Positions 8,901-21,586 of a stretch of DNA of 44,792 nucleotides are shown piece after piece. The notes below the pieces were generated by a model, which was not told the origin of the DNA, searched no databases, and saw nothing but the letters and a program-made list of their open reading frames with translations. A program made the position numbers and the translations under genes. This DNA is from Nitrospirota bacterium (GTDB taxonomy: Bacteria; Nitrospirota; UBA9217), in assembly GCA_035623825.1 (NCBI GenBank), contig DASPSR010000016.1:1-44792 (forward strand), given 5' to 3'. The first letter of the stretch is position 1. Every line of letters starts with the position of its first letter.

Positions 8901-9099
8901 ACCCGTCGAGCTTTTCATGAATCGTGAAACACGGATGCATAATAGTACAAACAATCAACGGACGCAAGGCAAAAATAAGACTTCTTTCACGAACTTCAGA
9001 CACAAAGAGAATAAAAATTGTCTTTACAAATGAGGAGGTTTTCCATATTATAATAAGATATTTCGAACGTACCTCCATATTAACAGTGAAGGCCGCCAT

Positions 9100-9894
9100 A
9101 TGAAAAAAGTTCTGCCTTATTTGTGCGGATTGTTCCTCCTAGCCCAGCTGGCCACAGCCGACCCAGATACGGTACAGAAGACAATCCACAATGCGGCGAC
9201 AGTCAACCACGCTTTTTCCGTGGGTGAGCGGCTTACCTACCTCATCAGCTGGTCAAATATTGTGGACGCAGGCACGGCGGTCATGGAAGTCAGGGAAGAA
9301 AAACAGATTGATGGGGAGAAGGCGTATCTCTTCGTCTCGACCGCACGATCCTCGGGGTTTATTTCCAAGTTTTATAAAGTGAATGATATTGTCGAAAGCA
9401 CTGTTGATGCCGCAACGATTCGTAGCCTTTCCTACAAGTCCGACCAAAGCCACGGGAAAAGGAAAAAAAATAGGGTGATGACCTTTAACCAGGCTGAGGG
9501 TACAGTAACCGTCTTTGAGGAAGGAAAACAACGCATCTACAATGCTCCTCCGGGCATACTCGACCCGCTATCATCTCTCTATTATGTCCGGACACGTGAG
9601 GACCTCATCGTCGATACGCCCATTAAGATCGACGTCAATGACGATGGCAAGAACTATACGGTTGAGGTGCAGATGCTCGGACGGGAAAAGATCAAGACTC
9701 CCTTAGGTAAGTTCGACACCATCAAACTCAAGACATATCCCAAGTTTGAAGGTGTTTTCCAGCACACTAACGAAATTTATATCTGGCTTACGGACGATAA
9801 AAGAAAAATCCCCGTGCTCATGAAGAGTGAAGTATCGATCGGGTCCATCGTGGCTACGCTCGTCGCCATGCAGACAGGAGACGAGAAAAAATGA
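9100..9894 (+). CDS. DUF3108 domain exported protein
   Basis: Signal peptide; GERLTYLISW, DPLSSLYYVR, KTPLGKFDT, IWLTDDKRKIPV. Confidence 0.8.
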   Translation: MKKVLPYLCGLFLLAQLATADPDTVQKTIHNAATVNHAFSVGERLTYLISWSNIVDAGTAVMEVREEKQIDGEKAYLFVSTARSSGFISKFYKVNDIVESTVDAATIRSLSYKSDQSHGKRKKNRVMTFNQAEGTVTVFEEGKQRIYNAPPGILDPLSSLYYVRTREDLIVDTPIKIDVNDDGKNYTVEVQMLGREKIKTPLGKFDTIKLKTYPKFEGVFQHTNEIYIWLTDDKRKIPVLMKSEVSIGSIVATLVAMQTGDEKK

Positions 9895-10886
9895 TCTCAA
9901 GGGCCGAATCGAAGCGTCTTATCAAGTATATAGACCGTTTCCCGTCGACGCGCACGCTCGTAGTCGGAGACGTGATGCTCGATCATTACATCTGGGGGAA
10001 TGTCTCCCGGATCTCGCCGGAGGCTCCGGTTCCGGTCGTGAACGTGACGAAGGAAAGTGTGCTCCTGGGCGCGGCTACGAATGTCGTAAATAATATCCAC
10101 TCCCTCGGCGGCAAAGTTGATGTATGCGGCGTTATCGGGCATGATGAAGCGGGAAGGCAGCTCACACACATGCTGCGGGTCCAAGGTATCCATACCGAGG
10201 GGCTTATCGTGGAAAGTGGCAGGCCGACAACGATCAAAACCCGTGTTATTGCGCACAGCCAGCAAGTTGTGCGATTCGACCGTGAAACCAAGGTTGGAAT
10301 TGATCGGGACACACACAGAAGGCTCTTCGAATATGTCAAGCGTGCGGCGGACGATGGTCTCGACGCAATCGTGCTTTCTGACTACAGCAAGGGCGTAGTC
10401 ACAAAAGACCTTGTTCGTGACATCGTTAAACTGGCGAAAAAGAAAGGCCTTATCGTGTCCGTGGACCCCAAGGTGAATCATTTCGGTATTTACCGCGGTG
10501 TAACAATCCTGACGCCGAACACAAAGGAAGCGTCCATTGGCTCGAGAATTGATATTCAGGACGATGAAAGCCTTCTCAGAGCCGGAGCGCTGCTGCTTAA
10601 GCGTTTGCAGTGTAATGCTGTGCTCGTCACCCGAGGAGAGTACGGGATGAGCCTGTTCGAGCGCGGTGGAAGAGTTACCCACATTCCGACTGTGGCTCGA
10701 GAGGTCTTTGACGTTACCGGAGCCGGAGATACGGTGATCAGCACGCTGACGCTCGCTATGGCCGCCAGCGCAGACATGGTGGATGCCGCAAGGCTCTCGA
10801 ACTACGCGGCAGGGATAGTGGTTGGAGTCGTGGGAACAGCCTCCGTGAGGCCAGGCGAACTGAAGCAGAGGATTACGGCCGACTGA
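9891..10886 (+). CDS. rfaE1: D-glycero-beta-D-manno-heptose-7-phosphate kinase (standalone)
   Basis: VVGDVMLDHY..RISPEAPVPV, SDYSKG, DVTGAGDTV. Confidence 0.93.
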   Translation: MISRAESKRLIKYIDRFPSTRTLVVGDVMLDHYIWGNVSRISPEAPVPVVNVTKESVLLGAATNVVNNIHSLGGKVDVCGVIGHDEAGRQLTHMLRVQGIHTEGLIVESGRPTTIKTRVIAHSQQVVRFDRETKVGIDRDTHRRLFEYVKRAADDGLDAIVLSDYSKGVVTKDLVRDIVKLAKKKGLIVSVDPKVNHFGIYRGVTILTPNTKEASIGSRIDIQDDESLLRAGALLLKRLQCNAVLVTRGEYGMSLFERGGRVTHIPTVAREVFDVTGAGDTVISTLTLAMAASADMVDAARLSNYAAGIVVGVVGTASVRPGELKQRITAD

Positions 10887-10928
10887 TGCGGTAGATATAG
10901 CTGAACAGAATACGTTTCGAGGGGATGT

Positions 10929-11822
10929 ATGAAAGGCATAATTTTGGCTGGCGGCAGCGGGACGAGACTCTATCCTATAACACGGGGAGTCTGCAAACAG
11001 CTACTGCCGATTTACGACAAGCCGATGATCTATTACCCCCTTTCGGTGCTGATGCTCGCTGGGATCAGGGATATTTTGATAATCTCTACCACAGCAGACC
11101 TGCCGAGGTTCATGGATATCTTCGGCAACGGTTCGGACCTGGGGCTCAGGTTTTCGTATCTAGAACAGCCGCATCCGAACGGTCTTGCCGAGGCATTTCT
11201 GATCGGCGCGGATTTTATCGGGAGCGATGTCGTCTGTCTCATACTCGGCGATAATATTTTCTTCGGCCATGGTCTCACGGAACTTCTGAATAAGGCAGTA
11301 AAAGACGTACACACAATGGGCGGTGCTACAGTGTTCGGGTACTACGTTAAGGACCCTGAACGGTACGGAATCGTAGAGTTCGACAAGAACGGCAACGTTC
11401 TGTCCGTCGAGGAGAAACCCAAGCACCCGAAATCCCGCTACGCTGTGACGGGACTCTATTTTTATGATAACGAAGTCGTAACTATTGCGAAGGATATAAA
11501 ACCCTCGTGGCGGGGAGAGCTTGAGATCACCGACGTTAACAAGGCCTATCTTGCAAAGAGGAAACTGCGCGTTGAGCTTATGGGTAGGGGATATGCATGG
11601 CTCGATACGGGGACGCACGAAAGTTTGCTCGAGGCGAGCGAGTTCATTGCTACCATAGAAAAAAGACAGGGTCTCAAGATGGCGTGTATCGAAGAAATCG
11701 CCTACAGGCTGGGCTATATCGACAAGAACAAGCTTCTGAAGGCCGCGGATAACCATAAAAAGAACGCATACGGTGATTATCTCCGGATCGTCGCGGAACA
11801 AGAGGTCCCGAATGCCTTTTGA
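10929..11822 (+). CDS. rfbA: Glucose-1-phosphate thymidylyltransferase
   Basis: [31 protein letters not shown]. Confidence 0.97.
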   Translation: MKGIILAGGSGTRLYPITRGVCKQLLPIYDKPMIYYPLSVLMLAGIRDILIISTTADLPRFMDIFGNGSDLGLRFSYLEQPHPNGLAEAFLIGADFIGSDVVCLILGDNIFFGHGLTELLNKAVKDVHTMGGATVFGYYVKDPERYGIVEFDKNGNVLSVEEKPKHPKSRYAVTGLYFYDNEVVTIAKDIKPSWRGELEITDVNKAYLAKRKLRVELMGRGYAWLDTGTHESLLEASEFIATIEKRQGLKMACIEEIAYRLGYIDKNKLLKAADNHKKNAYGDYLRIVAEQEVPNAF

Positions 11823-12378
11823 CTTTGAGCGTCTGGAGATTCCAGGGCTTATTATCGCACGGCCTAAAGTCTTCGGCGACGACCGCGGCTTTTTTCTTGA
11901 ACTCTACAAATACTCCGATTTCTCACATGCAGGGATCAGGGAACATCTCGTACAGGACAACTATTCGAAATCCGTCCGCGGTGTGCTGCGGGGACTACAT
12001 TACCAGAAGCACCCGAAAGCCCAGGGAAAACTGGTGCTTTGTCTCAAGGGAAAAATATTCGACGTTGCCGCGGACATTAGAAAGGATTCCCCCTTCTACG
12101 GAAAATGGGCGGGCGTGGAGCTGTCCGAAGATAATCGCTTGATGCTGTATATACCCGCCGGTTTTGCCCATGGATTTCAAGTGATCAGCGACTCGGCAGA
12201 AGTGCAGTACAAATGCACTGAGGAATATTCCCTTAGCGATGACCGGGGGATCATCTGGAACGATCCCGACCTCAACATATCGTGGCCTCTATCAGAACCT
12301 TTGCTGTCAACCAAGGACCAAGCACATCCACGACTACGGGATGCGGACAATAATTTTGTCTTCATGACGAAAGCATGA
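11812..12378 (+). CDS. rfbC: dTDP-4-dehydrorhamnose 3,5-epimerase
   Basis: [22 protein letters not shown]; start ATG 11812. Confidence 0.95.
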   Translation: MPFDFERLEIPGLIIARPKVFGDDRGFFLELYKYSDFSHAGIREHLVQDNYSKSVRGVLRGLHYQKHPKAQGKLVLCLKGKIFDVAADIRKDSPFYGKWAGVELSEDNRLMLYIPAGFAHGFQVISDSAEVQYKCTEEYSLSDDRGIIWNDPDLNISWPLSEPLLSTKDQAHPRLRDADNNFVFMTKA

Positions 12379-13232
12379 AATATCTTATCGCAGGCAGAAA
12401 CGGTCAGCTTGCCCGTGCATTTATCCGGAGGCTTGAAGAGCGGGCAATCGATTTCGAAGCTCCAGACGAGTATCATTTCGATATCACGGATCAGGCTTCA
12501 GTGAGTCACGGCGTTGATTCATACAAACCCGATGTTATAATCAACTGTGCAGCCTATAATCTTGTGGACAAGGCTGAGCAGGAGCGAGACAAAGCCTTCG
12601 CGGTAAACGCAACGGGCCCTCGTTATCTGTCCCGCGCTGCCGCAAAGCGGAAAGCGTTTATCGTGCATTTCAGCTCGGATTATGTCTTTGACGGGCAAAA
12701 GGAAAATGGCCTGTATTCCGAAAATGATGCAGCGAACCCGCTGAACGAGTACGGCAGGAGCAAGCTGAAAGGGGAGAGCGCAGTCCTGGAAGAGACCGAT
12801 AAATCCCTTGTCTTCAGACTCAGCTGGGTATTCGGAGAGGGCAAACAGAATTTTATCCATAAGCTGCTTGAATGGACAAAAAACAACGAATACCTGAAGA
12901 TCGCATGCGACGAATTTTCAGTCCCGACATATACCAATAATGTTGCAGAAATTACCCTGAAGGCCTTGGAGCAGGGCGTAACAGGTCTCTATCATCTTAC
13001 AAACAGCGGTTTCTGTTCGCGGTATGAATGGGCACAGGCGGTCTTCAGGGACCTTCGCATCAATAAATTCATACGGCCGGTGACCTCTGATATATTTAAT
13101 TTTCCGGCAAGACGGCCAAAATTCTCGGCCATGAGCAATGATAGCCTTTCCCGACTGCTTGATGTTCGGATTCCTTCTTGGGAAGAAGGGGTGAGGTCAT
13201 ATTTACGCGAGAGGAAGTTACTGCATGAGTAG
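12375..13232 (+). CDS. rfbD: dTDP-4-dehydrorhamnose reductase
   Basis: [27 protein letters not shown]. Confidence 0.95.
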   Translation: MKYLIAGRNGQLARAFIRRLEERAIDFEAPDEYHFDITDQASVSHGVDSYKPDVIINCAAYNLVDKAEQERDKAFAVNATGPRYLSRAAAKRKAFIVHFSSDYVFDGQKENGLYSENDAANPLNEYGRSKLKGESAVLEETDKSLVFRLSWVFGEGKQNFIHKLLEWTKNNEYLKIACDEFSVPTYTNNVAEITLKALEQGVTGLYHLTNSGFCSRYEWAQAVFRDLRINKFIRPVTSDIFNFPARRPKFSAMSNDSLSRLLDVRIPSWEEGVRSYLRERKLLHE

Positions 13233-14379
13233 TACGCCAGAAATGCAACGCAGCATTACCCGAGGGCCACAGCCTCAACAATCTAATATTCTGGTAACAG
13301 GCGGGGCGGGGTTCATCGGTTCTAATTTCATTCGGTTTGTCTACGAAAAAACGGATTTCCGCGGCACCATTATAAATTACGATAAGCTTACCTATGCGGG
13401 CAACCTTCTGAACCTTGAGGATATCGCGAAAAAATTTGGGGGAAAGAACTACTTTTTCGAACGCGGCGATATCTGTGATTATAATAAAGTCAAAGAGGTC
13501 ATGAACAATCACGGGATCACGATTATCGTACACTTTGCCGCAGAAAGCCACGTGGACCGTTCCATATTCGGCCCCAAGGATTTTATCGACACGAACATAA
13601 ACGGCACCTTCACCCTGCTCGAAGCAGCCCGCCAGCTGTGGACAGGGAGGCAGGACGTGCGATTCCATCACATCAGCACAGACGAAGTGTACGGTTCCCT
13701 GGGCGATACAGGATATTTCACTGAAACGACACCTTATGATCCCCGAAGCCCCTATTCGGCATCCAAGGCCGGGTCTGACCACCTCGTGAGGGCATATTAC
13801 CATACTTACGGATTGCCTGTCACACTGTCCAATTGCTCGAACAACTATGGCCCCTATCATTTTCCGGAAAAACTGATACCTCTCATGATCCTGAATGCCA
13901 TTGAAGGAAAGAGTCTGCCGGTGTACGGCGACGGCAAGAACATCAGGGACTGGCTTTATGTCGAGGACCACTGCGAAGCGATCTGGCTGATTTTGAAAAG
14001 AGGTAAGCGGGGAGAGACCTACAATGTGGGCGGTGAATGCGAGAAACAGAATATCGACGTGGTGAAGGAAATCTGTGAGATGTTGGACGATCTCCATCCC
14101 ATCAAAGATAATCCGCATTTTCGAAAGCTGTTACCCGGGATCAGCCGTTACAGCGATCTTATTGAATTTGTGGCTGACCGTCCGGGCCATGACCGTCGGT
14201 ATGCGATCAATTGCGACAAGATCAAAAAGGAGCTTGGCTGGCTCCGTAAGTATTCGTTCGAAGAAGGGCTACGTCACACCATCTCCTGGTATCTGAAGAA
14301 CCGCGAATGGGTAGAAAGAGTCAGAAGCGGTGAATACAGCTCCTGGATAGAAAAAAACTATACGACGAGGAACTTTTAG
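13225..14379 (+). CDS. rfbB: dTDP-glucose 4,6-dehydratase
   Basis: [41 protein letters not shown]. Confidence 0.96.
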   Translation: MSSTPEMQRSITRGPQPQQSNILVTGGAGFIGSNFIRFVYEKTDFRGTIINYDKLTYAGNLLNLEDIAKKFGGKNYFFERGDICDYNKVKEVMNNHGITIIVHFAAESHVDRSIFGPKDFIDTNINGTFTLLEAARQLWTGRQDVRFHHISTDEVYGSLGDTGYFTETTPYDPRSPYSASKAGSDHLVRAYYHTYGLPVTLSNCSNNYGPYHFPEKLIPLMILNAIEGKSLPVYGDGKNIRDWLYVEDHCEAIWLILKRGKRGETYNVGGECEKQNIDVVKEICEMLDDLHPIKDNPHFRKLLPGISRYSDLIEFVADRPGHDRRYAINCDKIKKELGWLRKYSFEEGLRHTISWYLKNREWVERVRSGEYSSWIEKNYTTRNF

Positions 14380-14391
14380 CAGGGGACAAGT

Positions 14392-15726
14392 ATGAAGATT
14401 TCTGTAATAGGAACGGGTTACGTCGGTTTGGTGACCGGCACGTGTCTTGCGGAGAGCGGCAACAATGTTATTTGCATGGATATAGATGCCAGAAAAATCG
14501 AAATGCTCAATTCTGGGATCGTTCCCATCTATGAGCCGGGCCTGGCTGAGCTTATCAAGCGGAATGTGGCTCATGGACGTCTCAGCTTTACCTCCGATAT
14601 GCAGAGAGCAGTGAGCCTATCGCGTGTGATATTTATTGCTGTCGGCACTCCTCCCGGGATGGACGGCTCTGCGGATCTCAAATACGTGCTAGGTGCAGCA
14701 AAGGATATAGCAAGGTACATGAACGGTTATAAGCTCGTTGTCAATAAGAGTACGGTCCCCGTGGGCACGGCCGACAAGGTCAGGGCCGTTATTGCCGGCA
14801 GGACCAAGTTCAAGTTCGAGGTTGTATCCAACCCGGAGTTTTTAAAGGAAGGCTCGGCAATCGATGATTTCATGAAGCCGGACCGTATCGTCATCGGCGC
14901 CAACAGCGCTCGGGCTATACAAATCATGCATGATGTCTACGGGCCATTCTTGCGAAAGGGAGACCGAACGCTTGTCATGGATGTCCGAAGCGCGGAAATG
15001 ACGAAATACGCATCCAATGCCATACTGGCGACTAAGATATCGTTCATCAATGAAATGGCTAATATCTGCGCTAGTCTCGGAGCGGATATCGACAATGTGC
15101 GCAGGGGGATGGGGTATGACAAGCGCATCGGATTCGAATTCCTTTTCCCTGGCGTAGGATACGGAGGTTCTTGCTTTCCCAAAGACGTTAAAGCACTGGT
15201 TCAGACCGCGAAGGACTTCGGATTCGAAGCAAAGGTTCTAAAAGCGGTAGAGGCAGTAAATGAGCAACAGAAGATGATTTTGGTCGAAAAGATCCTTTAT
15301 CACTTCAGCACCAAAAAAGCGAAAAAAGGGAGAGCGCGCGAACTCTCCCTTGCCGGGAAAACGATCGCTATCTGGGGACTTTCTTTCAAGCCCCGCACCG
15401 ATGATATGAGGGAGGCTCCGTCGGTGGTCATCATCAGCAACCTGCTTCGGGCAGGTGCAAAGGTTAAGGCGCATGACCCCGTAGCTATGGATGAAGCGCG
15501 AAAGGTATTCCAAAACAGGATCACGTTCTTCGAGGATGGATACGAGGCGCTCCGCGGGGCCGATGCACTGGTCGTGGTGACCGAGTGGAACGAGTTCCGC
15601 AATCCTGATTTCATTAAAATGAAAAAATTAATGAAAAAACCCGTTATCTTTGACGGCAGGAATATTTATAATCCTGGAGAGCTGAGGAAAGAAGGATTCA
15701 TGTACTATGGCATCGGGAGAATATGA
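14392..15726 (+). CDS. ugd: UDP-glucose 6-dehydrogenase
   Basis: [25 protein letters not shown]. Confidence 0.95.
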   Translation: MKISVIGTGYVGLVTGTCLAESGNNVICMDIDARKIEMLNSGIVPIYEPGLAELIKRNVAHGRLSFTSDMQRAVSLSRVIFIAVGTPPGMDGSADLKYVLGAAKDIARYMNGYKLVVNKSTVPVGTADKVRAVIAGRTKFKFEVVSNPEFLKEGSAIDDFMKPDRIVIGANSARAIQIMHDVYGPFLRKGDRTLVMDVRSAEMTKYASNAILATKISFINEMANICASLGADIDNVRRGMGYDKRIGFEFLFPGVGYGGSCFPKDVKALVQTAKDFGFEAKVLKAVEAVNEQQKMILVEKILYHFSTKKAKKGRARELSLAGKTIAIWGLSFKPRTDDMREAPSVVIISNLLRAGAKVKAHDPVAMDEARKVFQNRITFFEDGYEALRGADALVVVTEWNEFRNPDFIKMKKLMKKPVIFDGRNIYNPGELRKEGFMYYGIGRI

Positions 15727-15841
15727 ATAATGTAGGAGGACGATGTCCAGGGCGGGAGAGGGTACCCGTACTTGTGGATTCAGGTTATCATCCACCTGAA
15801 CCGCGAACGCCTGATTCCCTCTTATCAATTAAAGGAGAGCA

Positions 15842-16777
15842 ATGAGAATACTGGTAACCGGCGGCGCGGGATTTCTTGGATCGCACCTGTGTGAACGTCT
15901 CCTTGGCGAAAAGCATGAGGTGATCTGCCTGGATAATTTTTTTACCGGAAGGAAGAAAAATATCCAGCATCTCATGAAAAATCCGGATTTTGAACTGATT
16001 CGTCACGACATAATCCATCCGATCTTCCTCGAGGTGGACAGGATCTATCATCTGGCTTGTCCCGCTTCTCCGATTCATTACCAATACAACGCCATTAAGA
16101 CCATCAAGGCCAGCGTGATGGGAACGATCAATATGCTCGGCATCGCGAAACGGGTGCGCGGGAGAATACTGTTTGCTTCCACGTCCGAAGTCTACGGCGA
16201 CCCGGCGGTGCATCCACAGAAAGAGGACTATTGGGGAAATGTTAATCCCATCGGTATCAGGAGCTGCTACGACGAAGGGAAGCGCGCCGCCGAGACGCTG
16301 ATGATGGATTATCATCGCCAGAACCATGTGGACATCAAGATAGTTCGCATCTTCAATACCTTCGGTCCCCGGATGCTTCCGAACGACGGCAGAGTGGTGA
16401 GCAACTTCATCGTACAAGCGCTCAGAGGCGAAGACATTACGGTCTACGGTGAGGGTTCCCAGACGCGTTCGTTCTGTTATGTAGACGATCTTATCGACGG
16501 GATGGTCCGTATGATGGGGAGCGAAAAATTTACGGGTCCGGTGAATCTAGGAAATCCGGATGAATATACCATACTTGACCTAGCGAAAAAGATTACCGTC
16601 ATGACCGGTTCTGCATCAAAGATAATTCATAGACCACTTCCTTCTGACGACCCCACGCAACGTATGCCAGACATATCTCTCGCCGCGGCAAAGCTCGGCT
16701 GGCAGCCGCGGGTAAGCGTTGATGAAGGACTGAAAAGGACAATTGAATATTTTCAGAAAGAATTGAATCGGAAGTGA
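15842..16777 (+). CDS. UDP-glucuronate decarboxylase (UDP-xylose synthase)
   Basis: [26 protein letters not shown]. Confidence 0.93.
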   Translation: MRILVTGGAGFLGSHLCERLLGEKHEVICLDNFFTGRKKNIQHLMKNPDFELIRHDIIHPIFLEVDRIYHLACPASPIHYQYNAIKTIKASVMGTINMLGIAKRVRGRILFASTSEVYGDPAVHPQKEDYWGNVNPIGIRSCYDEGKRAAETLMMDYHRQNHVDIKIVRIFNTFGPRMLPNDGRVVSNFIVQALRGEDITVYGEGSQTRSFCYVDDLIDGMVRMMGSEKFTGPVNLGNPDEYTILDLAKKITVMTGSASKIIHRPLPSDDPTQRMPDISLAAAKLGWQPRVSVDEGLKRTIEYFQKELNRK

Positions 16778-16804
16778 ACCTGTGGATTTTTGCACATATC
16801 CTCC

Positions 16805-17584
16805 ATGAAGAAAACACCTGAAACGGTCATAGCTCTTATTCCTGCGCGGTACGGGTCAACCCGTTTTCCCGGCAAATCACTTGTCATGATCAAAGGCAAA
16901 TCCATGATCCAACGGGTGTACGAACGCGCCCGTCAATCGAGGCTGATTGCCAGGGTTGTTGTTGCCACCGATGATGAGCGTATTCTCCGGACCGTGACTG
17001 CTTTCGGGGGGGAGGCCGTCATGACATCGCCGGACCATGCCACGGGCACAGATCGAATCGCAGAGGTGGCCGGTAAAGTGGACTGCTCACTGGTTGTGAA
17101 TGTCCAGGGCGACGAACCCGTGATCCATCCGGAGATGATTGATCAGGCGATCACGCCGATGGTGGGCGATCCTTCCATCCCCATGAGCACAGTCTGCAAG
17201 CGGATCGAGACCCGGGAAGAAGCGCTTGATCCGAATGTGGTGAAGGTAGTTTTCGACACGAAGGGCTTTGCACTCTATTTTTCGCGCGCGCCCATCCCTT
17301 GGGACCGGGACCGGTGGGCGGGAAAAGACTCCTTCGGGGACCTTCCTCTCGCCCCCCTGATGTACAAACACATCGGCCTCTATGTGTATCGACGTGATTT
17401 TCTCGTGAAGTATTCAAAAATACCGCAAACCGTTCTTGAAAGGACGGAAAAGCTTGAGCAACTTCGCGCACTTGAATCCGGGTATCGGATCAAGACCGTT
17501 GTGACGCAGCACGAATCCTTTGGTGTTGACATCCCTGAGGATTTGGGTAGAATAATGCAACATCTTGAAGAAAGAAGAGACTAG
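16805..17584 (+). CDS. kdsB: 3-deoxy-manno-octulosonate cytidylyltransferase
   Basis: [30 protein letters not shown]. Confidence 0.96.
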   Translation: MKKTPETVIALIPARYGSTRFPGKSLVMIKGKSMIQRVYERARQSRLIARVVVATDDERILRTVTAFGGEAVMTSPDHATGTDRIAEVAGKVDCSLVVNVQGDEPVIHPEMIDQAITPMVGDPSIPMSTVCKRIETREEALDPNVVKVVFDTKGFALYFSRAPIPWDRDRWAGKDSFGDLPLAPLMYKHIGLYVYRRDFLVKYSKIPQTVLERTEKLEQLRALESGYRIKTVVTQHESFGVDIPEDLGRIMQHLEERRD

Positions 17585-17586
17585 GC

Positions 17587-19248
17587 ATGGAAAAGAAAAA
17601 AATTTCCACAAAGTATATCTTCATCACAGGCGGTGTGGTGTCGTCGCTCGGGAAAGGGCTTGCCGCGGCATCGATCGGGGCGCTCCTCGAGGCGAGAGGG
17701 CTCAAGGTAACATTCCTCAAGCTCGATCCATACATTAATGTGGATCCCGGAACGATGAGCCCATTCCAGCATGGCGAGGTGTACGTGACCGATGACGGGG
17801 CCGAGACCGACCTGGATCTTGGACACTACGAGCGCTATACCAATGTCACTACAGGGCAAAAAAATAATTTCACTTCCGGCAGGATCTATTTTAATGTCAT
17901 CTCAAAAGAGCGGCGTGGTGACTATCTCGGAGGAACGGTCCAGGTCGTGCCGCATATCACTGACGAGATCAAACGCGCAATCACGGACCTCGCGGATGAT
18001 GAAGATGTCGTGATTGTCGAGATCGGCGGCACCATCGGCGACATCGAAAGCCTCCCGTTCCTTGAAGCAATCAGGCAACTGAGATATAACCTCGGCAGGC
18101 AGAACGTCCTCTACGTCCATCTTACCCTCGTTCCGTTCATAAAAGCCGCTGACGAACTCAAGACCAAACCCACGCAGCACAGTGTCAAGGAACTCTTGTC
18201 CATCGGGATCCAACCCAACATTCTCGTATGCCGCAGCGACCGACCTCTTCCGAAAGAGATGAAGCGGAAGATAGCCCTTTTCTGTAACGTCGAAGAGAAC
18301 GCTGTCATTACGGCACAGGACGTCGATACGATCTATGAGGTCCCTCTCCGTCTGCATGAAGAGGGGATCGATGACCGGATCATCGAGGCCCTTGATCTCA
18401 AGGTCAGTAACAATAATCTTAAGACGTGGGAGACGATCGTCGAGCATGTCAAACATCCATCAAAGAATGTCCTTATCGCTCTTGTCGGGAAATATATCGA
18501 TCTCAAAGAGGCGTACAAAAGTCTGTGCGAGGCGCTCACACACGGAGGAATCGCCAACGATGCGAGAGTGAATATCTGCTGGGTGGACTCCGAAGACATC
18601 GAAAGCAAGGGAGCAGCAGAAATGCTTAAGGGCATGGACGGCATCCTCGTACCGGGGGGGTTCGGAATCCGAGGGGTTGAGGGTAAGATCGCTGCTGTCA
18701 AATATGCGAGGGAAAGCAGAGTCCCGTACTTCGGTATCTGCCTCGGCATGCAATGTGCCGTGATCGAGGCCGCACGGAACCTCGCGCATCTTCAAAACGC
18801 AAACAGTGCCGAGTTCAACCTGAATACGCCACATCCTGTTATTTATCTGATCGAACAATGGTTCGATTACCGCAAAAACACCATCCAAAAGCGTGATATC
18901 ACAAGCGACAAGGGGGGCAGCATGCGTCTGGGCGCCTATCCTTGCAGGATCGAAAAAGGGACGTTTGCATACCAGGCGTATGGCGCCGAGGAGATCGCCG
19001 AGCGCCACCGTCATCGCTACGAATTCAATAACAAATATATGGACGCGCTGAAGGCCGCCGGGCTCGTAATCAGCGGTGTCTCTCCCGACGGGGAATTGGT
19101 CGAGATCGTCGAGCTGAAGGGCCATCCCTGGTTCCTCGGCTGCCAGTTCCACCCGGAATTCAAGTCGAGGCCGCGCAAACCCCATCCTCTTTTCACATCA
19201 TTTATCGGTGCCGCGCTCCAATATAAGAAACAGGTGGAGAAGCTGTGA
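17587..19248 (+). CDS. pyrG: CTP synthase
   Basis: [22 protein letters not shown]. Confidence 0.98.
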   Translation: MEKKKISTKYIFITGGVVSSLGKGLAAASIGALLEARGLKVTFLKLDPYINVDPGTMSPFQHGEVYVTDDGAETDLDLGHYERYTNVTTGQKNNFTSGRIYFNVISKERRGDYLGGTVQVVPHITDEIKRAITDLADDEDVVIVEIGGTIGDIESLPFLEAIRQLRYNLGRQNVLYVHLTLVPFIKAADELKTKPTQHSVKELLSIGIQPNILVCRSDRPLPKEMKRKIALFCNVEENAVITAQDVDTIYEVPLRLHEEGIDDRIIEALDLKVSNNNLKTWETIVEHVKHPSKNVLIALVGKYIDLKEAYKSLCEALTHGGIANDARVNICWVDSEDIESKGAAEMLKGMDGILVPGGFGIRGVEGKIAAVKYARESRVPYFGICLGMQCAVIEAARNLAHLQNANSAEFNLNTPHPVIYLIEQWFDYRKNTIQKRDITSDKGGSMRLGAYPCRIEKGTFAYQAYGAEEIAERHRHRYEFNNKYMDALKAAGLVISGVSPDGELVEIVELKGHPWFLGCQFHPEFKSRPRKPHPLFTSFIGAALQYKKQVEKL

Positions 19249-20066
19249 TCCGGAAAATTGTCATCAGGGGCATACAAATCGGCGACAACAACCCAGTAGT
19301 ACTCATAGCGGGTCCGTGCGTGATCGAGTCGGAAAGCTCCACCTTGGAAGCCGCCGAACGGCTCAAGCAGATCACGACCGATCTCGGCGTGCCGTTCATC
19401 TTCAAGTCTTCTTACGATAAGGCGAACCGCAGTTCGATTAAGTCATATCGCGGGCCCGGGTTGAAAGAGGGACTCCGCATACTCAGCCGCGTCAGCAGGG
19501 AGCTTAGCCTGCCGCTCCTTTCAGACGTACACCGTTTTGAAGAGATCGGCCCTGCGTCCGAGGTCCTTGACATTCTCCAGATCCCGGCATTCCTCTGCAG
19601 GCAGACCGATTTCGTCACGGAGGTGGCAAAGACCGGCAGGGTGGTGAACATCAAAAAGGGCCAGTTTCTCGCTCCTTGGGACATTAAGACCGCTGCGGAG
19701 AAAGCAGCATCAACGGGAAATGAAAGGATCATCATAACCGAGCGGGGTGTCTCATTCGGATATAATAATCTCGTCGCAGATATGCGTTCTCTGCCAATAA
19801 TACGCGGATTCGGATATCCCGTAGTATTCGACGCGACACACTCTGTCCAGCTCCCCGGGGCGGGGGGGACGGCCTCATCAGGGGATCGACAGTTCGTACC
19901 GCACCTTACCAGAGCTGCAGCGGCTGCAGGGATCGACGGGCTGTTCATGGAGGTTCATGCCTGCCCGGACAAGGCACTCTGCGATGGACCCAATATGCTG
20001 AACCTCGACGACCTTCCAGTGCTTCTCAAACAGGTTCAGGAAATAGACAGGATCGTGAAACAATGA
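19245..20066 (+). CDS. kdsA: KDO-8-phosphate synthase (metal-dependent type)
   Basis: [22 protein letters not shown]. Confidence 0.97.
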   Translation: MIRKIVIRGIQIGDNNPVVLIAGPCVIESESSTLEAAERLKQITTDLGVPFIFKSSYDKANRSSIKSYRGPGLKEGLRILSRVSRELSLPLLSDVHRFEEIGPASEVLDILQIPAFLCRQTDFVTEVAKTGRVVNIKKGQFLAPWDIKTAAEKAASTGNERIIITERGVSFGYNNLVADMRSLPIIRGFGYPVVFDATHSVQLPGAGGTASSGDRQFVPHLTRAAAAAGIDGLFMEVHACPDKALCDGPNMLNLDDLPVLLKQVQEIDRIVKQ

Positions 20067-21031
20067 AAGATCAGGCAAAACGAGTTCTTAAGATAGAAGC
20101 GGATGCCGTTGCGGCACTCATTGACCGTATTGACGAGCGGTTCGAACAGGCCGTAGAGATAATCCTCAACTGCGAAGGCCGCGTTGTGGTGACGGGCATG
20201 GGCAAGTCCGGCCTCATCGGCAAAAAGATCGCGGCTACGCTTGCCTCTACGGGCACACCGGCGCTGTTTCTGCATCCGGCCGAAGGCATCCATGGAGACC
20301 TCGGAATGGTTACGAGAGGGGACACGGTTATCGCACTGTCCAACAGCGGCGAAACCGAAGAGATCTCGCGAATGCTGCCAGCTCTTAAGAGGCTCGGCAT
20401 CAAGCTCATTTCGCTTACGGGAAACTCCGAGTCCACACTCGCAAAAAACAGCGATGTAGTAATCAACGTCGGTGTTAAGGAAGAGGCTTGCCCTCTGGGG
20501 CTCGCACCGACCGCGAGCACAACAGCTGCTTTGGCCATGGGGGACGCAATTGCCGTTGCTCTTCTGGACAAACGCGGGTTCAAAGAGGAAGATTTTGCCT
20601 GTTTTCACCCCGGTGGCACGCTGGGCAAAAAGCTGCTGCTTCGTGTCCGCGATCTGATGCATGTCGGCGATGCCGTTCCGACCGTTTCGGATTCCACCTT
20701 GATCAAGGACGCGATTTTCGAAATTTCTTCCAAAAAGATGGGTATCACGTCGGTATTGAATAGTTCCGGGAAGCTCGTTGGAGTTATCTCCGACGGCGAC
20801 CTGCGGCGGTGGATAGAAAAAACCGAGAAGTCAGGTGAGAATCTACTCGCTAAAAAGGCAAAAGACATCATGACCAAAAATCCCAAGGTCATCAGTAGAG
20901 AAGCACTTGCAGCTGAGGCCGTGGCCATCATGGAAAAACATTCCATCACATGTCTGATCGTGGCCGACCGTAACGCGAAACCGGAAGGCGTGATTCATTT
21001 GCACGACCTTCTTAAAGCCGGTGTGGTATAA
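20063..21031 (+). CDS. kdsD: Arabinose-5-phosphate isomerase (SIS + CBS)
   Basis: GMGKSG, HGDLG, APTASTT, HPGG. Confidence 0.95.
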   Translation: MKDQAKRVLKIEADAVAALIDRIDERFEQAVEIILNCEGRVVVTGMGKSGLIGKKIAATLASTGTPALFLHPAEGIHGDLGMVTRGDTVIALSNSGETEEISRMLPALKRLGIKLISLTGNSESTLAKNSDVVINVGVKEEACPLGLAPTASTTAALAMGDAIAVALLDKRGFKEEDFACFHPGGTLGKKLLLRVRDLMHVGDAVPTVSDSTLIKDAIFEISSKKMGITSVLNSSGKLVGVISDGDLRRWIEKTEKSGENLLAKKAKDIMTKNPKVISREALAAEAVAIMEKHSITCLIVADRNAKPEGVIHLHDLLKAGVV

Positions 21032-21067
21032 CGTACATCGGCGAACATCGTTCGAAGTTCACAATTC

Positions 21068-21586
21068 ATGAGAAAAACGAAGCAGAACATACGCGCAAAA
21101 GCGAAGAATATCAAGTTCCTGCTGCTTGATGTAGACGGGGTGATGACCGATGGCAGGATCATCCTCGATAACCAGGGGAACGAGTTAAAAGCGTTCCACG
21201 TCCGCGACGGACACGGGATCAAGCTCGCGCAGAAAGCGGGAATCATTGTTGGGATCATCACTGGACGGAAGTCCGACGTTGTGAATGTCCGTGCCCGTGA
21301 ACTCGGTATTCAGGAGGTCCATCAGGGGGCACACGAGAAAATCGCCGTGTATGACGCCCTGATTGCAAAATATGGCTTCCGGGACAGCGAGGTCGCGTAT
21401 ATTGGAGATGATGTCGTCGATGTGGATATATTCAAGCGGGTAGGACTGGCCGTTGCGGTGGCTGATTCAGATCCGGCAATCAAGTCGCATGCAGATATAG
21501 TCACCAGGGCAGAAGGCGGTCGGGGCTCTGTACGCGAGGTCATAAATATCATTCTGAAAAGCCAGGGCAAGCTGCAAGTTTCATGA
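21068..21586 (+). CDS. kdsC: KDO-8-phosphate phosphatase
   Basis: LLDVDGVMTDG, YIGDD, GGRGSVRE. Confidence 0.93.
   Translation: MRKTKQNIRAKAKNIKFLLLDVDGVMTDGRIILDNQGNELKAFHVRDGHGIKLAQKAGIIVGIITGRKSDVVNVRARELGIQEVHQGAHEKIAVYDALIAKYGFRDSEVAYIGDDVVDVDIFKRVGLAVAVADSDPAIKSHADIVTRAEGGRGSVREVINIILKSQGKLQVS

Noticed and set aside
13096-14118. Long antisense ORFs (also 9897-10682, 18460-19185, 21322-22320, 30564-31310, 34399-35172, 40244-40927)
   Set aside because: Shadows of well-supported genes on the opposite strand, with no motifs of their own
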